From NCBI GenBank assembly GCA_951406725.2, contig OX597822.1, positions 46,996,001 to 47,060,000 on the forward strand: a stretch of 64,000 nt of DNA. The letters are read 5' to 3'. Under the pieces are notes generated by a model. The model saw nothing but the letters and a program-made list of their open reading frames with translations, did not search any database and had not been told where the DNA came from. Below, one piece after another: positions 27,031 through 38,665 of this stretch (within the stretch, counting starts at the first letter, position 1; each line of letters begins with the position of its first letter). Origin of the DNA: Octopus vulgaris. Its lineage: Eukaryota. The translations under genes were made by a program, and so were the position numbers.

Positions 27031-29253
27031 AAATTATTATTTTTAAATCTCACAACGTGGGACATTCAGCAACAGTACTTTGTAGTAAAAGATTGTTTGC
27101 CAACATAACATGGCAGTCCTGGTTTAAGACTAATGTTGCTGTAATGTTGCTGAATCTAGATTCCCTTGCTTGAAAATATAAGGCAGAAACATGTAGGCAT
27201 GATGGCAGTTTTGATAAGATAGGAAGGGTTTGAAGTCCTCTCTCTTTCTTTTGCTCTCTCTTTCTCTTTTCCTCTCTTTCTCTAACATTTTTATCAATTA
27301 AATTGTGCATAAATGTTGCATCGCAGCATTTTTGAGGTATGCTATTCTATTTAAAACGTACGTAGCCAATAAATTATGGATAAATCTCCAATCTTTTGTG
27401 TTTATATATATAGTAAGTTATATGGCCAGTCATGGTGACCACTGGTTTCACATCCAATCACTCTATGACTGACCATATAATTAACTTCTTTATAAATACA
27501 TTACTGCCCTAATGTTTAAAGTGTGTTTCTTTTTAGGATATATGATTTGCTGACAATATATATACACATACACACACACACTCACAACAGGTTTCCACAC
27601 AGTTTCTGTCTGCCAAATTCACTCACAAGGCATCAGTCGTCCCAGCGTTATAGTAAACGCTGCTGCACAGCAGGCTGAACCAGACACCACATGATTGTAA
27701 AGCGAGCTTCTAACCACATGCCATCATGTGGTTAGAAAAAACTGTTCTCTCCTGCCTTAAAAAAAATGCACTCACACGTATCATCATCATCATCATCATC
27801 GTTTAACGTATATATTGGATAATATGATTGTGTGTGTATTGTGTCTAGTAAATAGGCAAGATGGTCATAACTGGAAAGCCTTTGATCATGTATCTGCCTA
27901 TTCAGTGTTGACTTGAGGCAAGACAACACTAACCACTTCTTGGCACTATCCCCTCCCCACACACACACTCTACCCAATTTTACTCTTCTCATCTGCTGTT
28001 GTAATTACTTAAACAGTTCTAATTCGTGACACTCATTTATTCAACCTGATCTTCCATTGTTTATCAAACTTTAACCTTTATTCATTTATTTCTTGACTTG
28101 TTTATTCAATTCATTTTGTTATTCATTTTGTTCTAAATTTAAATCCATTATTTATTCTTGTATTCCTTTTAATTCTATTTCAATATTATTTCATGCTATT
28201 TAAATAAACCAAAGTATAAACATGTTTCCTGTCCAAGGCATTTTCATAAGCTTGTTCTAGACGTTTTTAGACATGTTTTCTTCTTTAAGCCTTGTTTCAT
28301 TCATTCTGAGTAATATAAAATTTTCCATTTCATAAGTCCCAGAATACTCTTGTGGTTGGGAAATTGCTAATGCGTATCATATATAATGCATGGACACCAG
28401 GGAAATATGTCTATCCCATATATCACAGATAATACACAGGAGAGGCAAAGGGTCAACAACAGCTAGAAACAGAAGCTAAATCTCATTCCACATCACTCTG
28501 GCTTTTAAAATAAAATGGATTTATCATGGCTAGAATGCCTTTTAATACAGTTTAACTTATAACATATATACCAGCCTATACGATAAGTCGCTCGATCTTC
28601 TAGAAACAGCATCCAAATGTCTCTCATCTTGCATCACCATCATGAAAAAAAGTGGGGCATAACTAGATGTATGCGCCGCTGACTTTGTTTTCTCATTACT
28701 TGCTAAAATCTTGATATTTTTTTAATAAAAATTTCAGCAAATATCTTTCAGATGGCTTAGATTACATATATATCAGAATTGGATGCGAGAAATAATTGAA
28801 GAGAGTGGAGACGGGTTATTCAGATCTCATCAAATCATATGATTAAAACAAAGCCAAAGTTTATGAATTATCTGATCCCATGCCAATTATTATTATTTTC
28901 CTCATCAGATCCCAACCTAATCGTAATCTAAACCATCTGAAACATATTTATTGAAAATTATATCTAAAAATATTAATTTTTCAGAAATTTGTGTTGAAAC
29001 AAATCGAGGTGTGTGAAACATTTCACAACAAACTCCAATATTTCCTTATTTACATTTTCTAAAATGTGTCCCATTGAAAAAATATACCTTTGTCAGAATG
29101 TTATTAAGAAACAAATTCAGAGTGCAGGTACACATCTATAGTTATGCTATAAAGGGAGGTACAGATTAATGTTGTATGAAACAGCTCACACAAAATAGTG
29201 GCATGAACATGGCTGGAATGCCTTTGATAAATCTGCTCAACCAGGGCTGACTG

Positions 29254-29417
29254 CAGTGCCGTCCTAAAGCTTGGACATACTGGGCAGTTGCTTGGGAATC
29301 TCGTAGGTCTAGGGGTATACACTGTGGTTTGTTATCAAAAATATATATAAAATTAATGTAAACAGGCCCAATACATTGCTTTGCTTGGGGGCCTATAATG
29401 TTGCTAAGACAGCTATG
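29254..29417. mobile_element. Old hAT-like MITE
   Basis: Ends cagtgccgtcctaa / ctaagacagctatg; imperfect TSD gctgactg/gttgacca. Confidence 0.4.
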
Positions 29418-31307
29418 GTTGACCAAGGGCTAAACTGCAACCAGAAATACACAAACAAACCAATGAAAGAACCTCCATATGTGGCATTACAACCGACTGT
29501 TTACAGCAACCAAATATTCCTCAGATTTCATTCTACCTTTAAATTATTCAGTGTCCTGCTTTTTTTATCTCATAATACACACAAAAAAAAAAACTGAATT
29601 GTCACTGTTGGAATGCATTTAATCATAGACCTGCTCAACCAGGCTTGACCTGGAGTTAAACAGCATCTAATGTTTTTAAAGAGGTTGGTTGACTTGTTAG
29701 AAATATCGGCCAAACCTCTCTCGAATTACCCCTCATTACTGACCTAGAAAAATGGATACACTGGATATCATTGTCATCCACTTTTCCATGCTTGCATGGT
29801 CAGACAGAATGTGATAAGGCAAATTTTCCAGTTGGATGCCCTTCCTGTCACCAACCCTTGCCTGCTTCCTAATAAGGTAAAATTTCCTCATGGGCAGATC
29901 TGTTATCACCTGATTGGAAACGGACACCATTTGCATGATGGTGACACTCGATTACAACTATCATGTGATGTCAAGTCAGGGAAACAGTAACATACACACA
30001 CACACACACAAATATGCACTTCCACATGTATATATACAACATGCTAATGCACAGTTTCCGTCAACCAAATCCACTCACATGGTTTTGGCACTTAGCTAAA
30101 GTGCCATGCAGTGGGACTGAACCTAAAATCATGTAGTTAGGAACCAAACTTCTTATCACAGCCATGCTTCATGGCTGAGTTCCTTTCGAGTGTTGGGCAT
30201 CATGGAGGCAATGACCAAGACCTTTGGCATTATGTCATGCTTGAGAACACCACCTATCAAGCTGAGCAAAATCGCAGTTGTGGCAGCTAGTTGTGTCATG
30301 CAAATTAGCACATAAACGCACCCCCATGTCATGCAAATTGCACCCATTACATTCTCAGAGTGGTTGGCATTAGGAAAGGCATCCAGCCGTAGAAAACCAT
30401 GCCAAATCTGACTGGAGTCTGGTGCAGCCTTCCAGCATGCCAGCCCAGTCAAACCATCCAACCCATGCCAGCATGGGTAATGGATGTTAAATGATGATGA
30501 TATACATACATATGTATACACACATACATACACTTACACACATTTGTGTGTGGTTTATTGCTCATGATATAGGCAAGTACAAATGTAAAACAAATATGGA
30601 GATAAATTACACATATTTCATTAACCACAATATTTGTTATATGATGAAATACCACATCATTAAATCATCAGAGATTGAATAACAAATATAAATAACTTTT
30701 ATAAGTTATATAATGGACTTGGTAATGTGCCTTGGTGTCAAACAAATTTAACTGTGACATGATGAGTCAAAGTATAGAGAATTGTTCTTTATTGTATAGT
30801 AAAGGGAAAAACATTAGTTGTAGGAGTGGCTGTGTGGTAAGTAGTTTGCTTATGAACCACATGGTTCCGGGTTCAGTCCCACTGCATGGCACCTTGGGCA
30901 AGTGTCGTCTACTATAGCCTTGGACCAACCAAAGCCTTGTGAGTGGATTTGGTAGACGGAAACTGAAAGAAGCCTGTCATATATGTGTGTGTGTGTGTGT
31001 GTGTGTGTATGTTTCTGTGTCTGTGTTTGTCCCCCCAACATCGCTTGACAACCGATGCTGGTGTGTTTACATCTCCGTAACTTAGCGGTTCGGCAAAAGA
31101 GACCGATAGAATAAGTCCTGGGGTTGATTTGCTCGACCAAAGGCGGTGCTCCAGCATGGCCACAGTCAAATGACTGAAACAAGGCTATAGTTGAAGACGC
31201 TTGTCCAAGGTGCCATGCAGTGGAAATGAACCCGGAACCATGTGGTTGGTAAGCAAGCTACTTACCACACAACCACTCCTGCGCCGTGTATATATATATA
31301 CATGTAC

Positions 31308-31499
31308 CGTTGGCGATTTTTTTTTTTCCTCCGTCTTCCCTTGATCTGTCCTTTTCCTATGTTTCTGACGAAGAGCTCCGCTCGAAACGTTAAACCCTCC
31401 TTCATTCTTGAGCGTCCAATAATACTATATTTGTTCCACGTCCTCGCGTTGTTGTGTTTTCTCTTTGTGTTTTCATGTTTGGATTAACTATATATATAT
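31308..31499 (+). mobile_element. Short HHR-bearing, probably PLE-derived repeat, copy with intact core
   Basis: Near-identical to 23771-23966; ends in (TA)n; carries the HHR at 31361-31395. Confidence 0.65.
31361..31395 (+). ncRNA. Minimal type I hammerhead ribozyme in a short (TA)n-tailed repeat
   Basis: GUUU-CUGACGA-A-GAGC-ucc-GCUC-GAAA-CG-U-U-AAAC. Stem I GUUU/AAAC; palindromic stem III ACGU. Confidence 0.7.
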
Positions 31500-31782
31500 T
31501 GTGTCAAACTTTGCATGTAGCCATATAACCCTACATATACCTGGTTACTAAGGTAACCATGTATCTTTCTTACAGCATGACATCTGTTCATGTTCCTCTA
31601 TCATCACTTGCCATAAAGTCACCCACCTCAATACTACGCCTCCACACATTTGAGCAAAGTTGTCTTGTGAGATACTTTGACCTCATTGGTGCCAGTGCCA
31701 CATAAAAAGCACCCTACACCCTCTGTAAAGTGGTTGGTGTTAGGAAGGGCATCCAGCCATAGAAACCATACCAACACAAAAA

Positions 31783-32427
31783 CTGAACTCGCAATCTTGG
31801 GGTTAGTAGCTCGTGCTCTTGACCATTACACTATATTCCCATGGGCAATTATAGTGTGAATTTTAGGGCTTATAAACCTAATATTCTTATATCCTTCCTT
31901 AATACTTGTTCCCATATTCTACTCATATCTGCACTAGGTCTGCTTAGGAGGTTATTGTGTCCTTGCGTATGTGCTACAGAGAACAGAGAGCACCACTGGA
32001 AAATACGAAAAACTAAAAGAAGCAGCACATATGCTAGGACACAATAACCTCCTAAGCAGACCTTGTGCAGATATGAGTACAATATGGGAACCAGTATTAA
32101 GGAAGGATATAAGAATATTAGGTTTATAAGCCCTAAAATTCACTCTATAATTGCCCATGGAAATATAGTGTAATGGTTAAGAGCGTGAGCTACTAACCCC
32201 AAGATTGTGAGTTCAATTCTAGGCAGTGCCTTGAATAAATAATAATAATAACATCAGCAAAAATACCTTAGAAATGTGAACCCAGGGTTTGGTTCAAAAT
32301 TCTACCAGGACACCTGAAGAAGGCTGGAGAGTAAATCAGCCGAAGCGTTGTGGTAACAACAAACAAGCTGAGGACCCATATGCGTCCAATGTAAATAATG
32401 TACAGAATTCCTCTAAAATATAGAACA
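31783..32427 (+). mobile_element. 5'-truncated Penelope-like element 3' end with inverted duplication, tRNA-like segment and HHR
   Basis: With one frameshift, about 31990-32129 reads HWKIRKLKEAAHMLGHNNLLSRPCADMSTIWEPVLRKDIRILGL*, typical of PLE endonuclease C-termini. 31783-31975 is an inverted copy of 32024-32216. HHR-like motif at 32311-32352. Confidence 0.65.
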
Positions 32428-33384
32428 GGCTTATATGTTTGTAATATCTAGAAGGCTTCTAGCTTCTATAATCTACATGGCCTCCTATTTCTCAGAGAAG
32501 GTTGTGTAGTACCCATACTTAAAAGCCATTTGAACTTATATATTTCATTCAATGTTAACAACCATGTTTTTTGTTTTCAATGGAGTGTTTATGTGCAGTG
32601 AATCTTCCTTTGAAGTTTCTAGTGGACCCTATTTAATGCCGACCATTATTCATCGAACAATTACTGTTCATGACACAATTAGTAGCTGTTCTACAGTAGC
32701 AGTTTAGTGGAAGAACACTTACTTGAAACTGCTGGGACAAAATTTGGATTTTATCTTTTTGCTGTATCTATTTCATGACCAGTCAGTATGGATTTATTAC
32801 TGCAATTATTCTCATTTTCACTAATTTTATCATTGTGGTTACTTTTTCCAGTAACAGTTAGAAGAATCTCTTTCATTCAAAAGGGAAGGACACATTATAT
32901 TCACACTTAGGGGTGGCACATAAAAAGCACCATTTGAGCGTGGCCGTTGCCAGTACCGCCTGACTGGCCTTCGTGCTGGTGGCATGTAAAAGCATCCACT
33001 ACACTCTTGGAGTGGTTGGCATTAGGAAGGGCATCCAGCTGTAGAAACTCTGCCAGATCAGATTGGAGCCTGGTGCAGCCATCTGGTTTGCCAGACCTCA
33101 GTCAAATCGTCCAACCCATGCTAGCATGGAAAGCAGACGTTAAATAATGATGATGATAATGATAGTATTTCTACCATTAGTGTGTGTGTGTGTTCACTCA
33201 AACAGATTTATGTAAGTGTGAGTGAGTGTTTGTTTGTTACCTTGTCTTGACATCATGTGATAGTTATGAGTGCCATTATCATGCAAGCTGAATCATTCAT
33301 CACCAATATTCTGCAAGAACATGTCGGGTCATGGGGGAATGTTACCTTGCGTGGAAACAGGTAAGCGTTAATGACTGGAAATGC

Positions 33385-33535
33385 ATCTGTGTGTGTGAAG
33401 ATAAACCTGTGTGTATGTGTGTGAAGATAAACCTATGCATGCATGTGTGTGTGAAGATAAACCTATGTGTGTGTGCGTGTGAAGATAAACCCGTGTGTGT
33501 GTGTGTGTGTGAAGATGTGTGTGTGTGAAGATAAA
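33385..33535. repeat. Compound minisatellite (TG)n-aagataaacc
   Basis: Six occurrences of gtgaagat, most followed by aaacc, separated by TG runs. Confidence 0.85.
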
Positions 33536-36041
33536 TTATCTATAAACCATAAAAAGTTCAGGAGGTACAAGAGATAAATATATTTGTTTAACCATATGAC
33601 ATCCTTAAGATGATGTTCTTCATGTAATAATTATCTCCATGTCTGCACCACCGATATGCCTGCTATGCATTAAACAATACAATTGTATAGTCACAAATCA
33701 ATGCAAAGAAAGAAAGCCAGCTCATCAGATCACCAGAACATCATGGTTACACCAATGATTCATCTCTAATTATTTATTGAATATTTAGAAATGATAAAAT
33801 TAATTCATTAATATTATACACCATGATTTATGAATGATGATACATTACCTCAAAATTTACATCTCTCATGTAACAAATCCAATATTTTATAAATTTATGA
33901 AGTCTGTATTAAAGTGTAAATGGCTAGGTAGATAACTATATGCTAATGAGTAAAAATGGACAGGTAGACTGCACATTAAAATGGCACTGAAGACTCATCC
34001 ATTGTGATGTACACATAATTATACAATGGGGGGACCATTTCTGCAATGAGAAGAGCTGGGTTTTGGAGAATGCCTTTCAGTTCAACCATAAACTCTTAAA
34101 GCTTGAAGTTATTGTTCATTGCTGTTCTACAAGAAAAAACATTTCTCTACTTAATAAATGACCACATCATCTCTTAGATGCAATCATTATTAAAAAATTG
34201 TTACATATGGTATTTAGCCAGTTTCGGGTTTAAGAGAAAATACTGTAGGTTTGGACTACTCCACCTCTGCAAAAGTTTTAGTAAAAAGCATGTGTAATCA
34301 CGTTGCTTTTGTTTAAATTCTGCCAAGGTCAACTTTGCCTTTCATCCTTTTGGAGTCAAAAAATTAAGTACTAGTTGCGTACTGGGGTCAACCTAATTGA
34401 CTGTCCTCTTACCCCAAAATTCCAGGTCTTGTGCCTAGAGTAGAAACCAATCACGTTGCTTTTGTATTGGAGCTAAAGATGTCATACTGAGAAATCTGTG
34501 TGAGAGATAAATGGAAGACTAAAGAAGTGAAAACAAGCTTAGCATTAAACAAATGTTACCGGCACCACTGTTGCTTTCCTCTCTGTATCTCTCTTCATGA
34601 GTGTTTCTCTTTATCTCTGTTCCACTATTCTGGAGAGAGGAAGGAAGACAAATACAGATTGACATTTCTGCAGTTTCAACACCTCCTCTCTTTACAGACA
34701 TTAGAGTGTGGTTTGAGGGAGATTTGCCTCCTGTGTGTCAAAATGTTATTCAGACTTTCCCTGTATGATATCCTTCACTCTAGGCACAAGGCCCAACATT
34801 TTGGGGTAGGGGGCCAGTCAAATAGATCAATCCCCAGTACGTAACTGGAACTTAATTTATCGACCGCTGAAAGGAAAGGCAAATTCGACCTCAGCAGAAT
34901 TTGTCTCAGAATGTAGAGACAGACAAAATACTGCTAAGCATTTCGCCCAGCATGTGAACGATTCTGCCAGCTCGCCGCCTTTCCCTGTGTAATCTCAAAT
35001 GATAATAGATATGGTTGTTGTGGGTGTTTGGATTACAGTTCAAGAATACAAGGGCAGACATATATATATATTACGGAGATGTACTTGCATAGCGAGTGGT
35101 TTGATCTGAGATCGTGTGCTGGAACGAAAACAATTGCAGCGTGGAAGGTGTTTATAAGCCATTTAATCTAACGGTTTTTGTGTGTTTCTTAAATGGCTTA
35201 TAAACACCTTCCACGCTGCAATTGTTTATATATATACAGATGATTCACGTTAATGCGCCATGATTATCGATAAAATACTTTCTACTAAAACTGTGTGTAT
35301 ATGTTTTGTGTGAGTGTATGTATGTATTCTTTTACTTGTTTCTGCGGACATGTAGCACTGCCTTTAGTCGAAAAAAAAAACCCACAACTTATTCTTTGTA
35401 AGCCTAGTACTTATTCTATTGGTCTCTTATATTGAACTACTATGTTACGGGGACGTAAACACACCAACATCGGTTGTCAAGCAATGGTGGAGGGAACAAA
35501 CACGCACATAATATATTCGACGAGTTTCTTTCAGTTTCCGTCTACCAAATCCACTCACAAGGCTTTGGTAGGCCCAAGTCTACAGCAGAAGACACTTGCC
35601 AAAGGTGCTGCTCAGTGGGACTGAACCTGGAACCATGTGGTTCAGAAGCAAGCCTTTTACCACAGAACTACTCTTGCGCGCGCGCATGTGTGTGTGTGTG
35701 TGTGTGTAGGGATTCAAATATTCAAACAGCTCGCTATAAGGGTGTACGGCTTTCAAGAAAGTGGCCGAGTCTAGGATGCCGGATTAACGTCACTGTCGTT
35801 CTGAAAATCCAGGAATCACAATGGTGAAGAGTATACAACAATTAACCAAAATAAAAGAATTAACACTTCCTCTCTCACTTCTATTTTGATTAATTATTAT
35901 GTGTGCGCACACGCAAGTACGTATACGTAAAACATGTGTATACGATTTAGAGGTGAGGTCTGTTTCCATTGCTTGCATGAGTTAAAATATGTTACCTTGA
36001 CATTTTATGGCTGGATGTAAACACACAAATTATATATATGC

Positions 36042-36103
<62 letters not shown>

Positions 36104-36217
36104 TTTATTTAAAGCAGCAGAAACTCAGAGTAACAGGTTTTGTTGAATTTTCTGCTACTTTAAATAAAGCATATTTGGTATTTTTTCCACCTTGTTTCAC
36201 ATTTATGTGTTTACTCC

Positions 36218-36275
<58 letters not shown>

Positions 36276-37102
36276 AGAATAACATGGTAGCATCCATTTC
36301 TCTCTCTCTCTCTCGTAATAAAAACAACTTTATATTAAACTGAAAGATTACTCAAGACTTTTTATAGAGTACATTCTTTTACGCGACTTCGAACTCACTG
36401 TCAACACTATTCTTGTAAAAGAATTTAGATAGATAGATATCACATACAGCGTTCACCCCTCTCATTCATCGTCTTTCTCTCTGTTTCACACTTACTGTAA
36501 CATTCCTCTCTCTTTTCCATCCATGCTGTGGCCTTGTGTCGGATACAAGACCTCGTTAATGTGGAAATAATGATAGTAATTAATAATAGTGTAATAATAG
36601 ACAGAGAGGGGTGAAAGAGAGAAATGACAGGAAAACAAGCGAGTGGGGAAGTTAATGATTGTACTCTGATGATAGTTGTTGAATTAGAGGTGATTGTGTG
36701 TTGTTAGTGTTTAATTAGAGGCAGCGTCAGGTTTCCTTGGTTACACACAGAACAAAGAGAAATAGTGTTTACCAAGGGGGAACAACCCTTTCATTGATTT
36801 TTTTTTCTTTCTTTTAACTTGAAAAATGAACGTTAGATGAATTCGTTCGCTTTTTTTCTTTGTTTTTCTTTTGTATTTAAGCCTTCATTGTTATAGGTCT
36901 GAAAAAGAGGTAAAATTTATTGGGATTTCAAAAAAGGTAAATAAAAGTTGTGGAGGAAAAACAGAGCTACAACACAAAAATACTATTATGAAAAATATTT
37001 TTTTCTTGTTAATTCAAATAACATTTTATTGTGTCTGAAGGGCCTTATTATTTAACACACTCACCTGTTCGATTTCAACTCATTTATAAACTTATTCTTT
37101 TT

Positions 37103-37139
37103 CTAAAATTTTCGTTGCGTCTTGCAACCTTTTCAATAG
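37103..37139 (-). ncRNA. Minimal hammerhead motif, U3-A8 core variant
   Basis: Minus strand reads CUA-UUGAAAA-G-GUUGC-aagac-GCAAC-GAAA-AU-U-U-UAG. A 5'-truncated copy of the same family lies at about 58845-58967 (+). Confidence 0.55.
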
Positions 37140-37899
37140 TCAAAAGAGAATGACTTTCCCCAGACCAAATAAAATACGCTTCAACACACGAATTCACATA
37201 AAGAATCTTGTAAAAACGAAAAAAAAATCAAATAACATTGGAAAGGATTATAATTTTTAAAAATGGAGAAAGCGAACGAATTTATCTGAAAACCAAACGT
37301 TAACGGACGCGCGCACGCTGACACAATGAACAGTACGTAGGCACTCAACTTGCTAGAAATAGCAGGCAAATCTCTCGTCACCTTTTACTTCTTTTAGTCA
37401 TTGAAATGCAGCCGTGCTGGAGCACCACCTTAATGAATTTTTGTTGCATGAATATACTCACCTGGTACTTTTTTTTTTAACCTGGTACTTATTCTATTGG
37501 ATCATTTTTGTCGAACCGCTAGATTACGGGGGATGTAAATATACAAGCACCAGTTGTCAAGCGATGATAAACACACACACACACGACTGGCTTTCTGCTT
37601 CTGTCTGCCAAATCCACTCAACAAGGCCTTGATCGGCCCGAGGCTATAACAGACATTTTCTCAAGGATCCACGCAGTGGGTTTGAACCCGGAACCATATG
37701 GTTGGGAAGCAAACATCTTGTTGCACTACCACGCCTGCGCCTATGCGCGCGTACGCGTACGACGTGCTTTCATATAGTCTACATCTATCAAATATACTCA
37801 CAGGGCTATAGCAGAAGACACTTGCCGAAGGTGCCACCCGAAATCCCATGGTTGCAAAGCCTCAGCAATCCTAACCACACACAATGCGATCTCATACTA

Positions 37900-38180
37900 C
37901 AACTGCGCGCTGCGTCCCGCTCCACCAAGGTTCTCACTATCCAATGTTCGATGCTATCACTCCATCTTCATGTTTGTCGCTCTCGATTTCGATGTCTGTC
38001 CACAATGCGAACGGACGTAGTGGTTCAGCACTTTTCGACTTCTGGCCATCGTCGCCAGGTTTTTTGTTCTGCTTCCATCCCCAGAACCGAATCGTTCGTT
38101 TTACGGTCTGCCCCATTGATGCGCAATACCCGCTTGCTGTACCTCATCTCGAATGTCCTCTATCACGTGAAGTCAGCCAC
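37900..38180 (-). mobile_element. Old RTE-clade LINE fragment
   Basis: Minus strand gives FEMRYSKRVLRINGADRKTNDSVLG and R.RERQ..RWSDSIEHW, matching the RTE C-terminal consensus FEMWCYRRMLRI.W.D..TN..VL. Confidence 0.65.
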
Positions 38181-38214
38181 TCGTCGTGTCTATGCTTCAC
38201 AACATACTTATAAA

Positions 38215-38665
<451 letters not shown>

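Noticed and set aside
33385-33535. Regularly spaced short repeats resembling a CRISPR array
   Set aside because: The spacers are only TG runs, the context is eukaryotic, and there are no cas genes.
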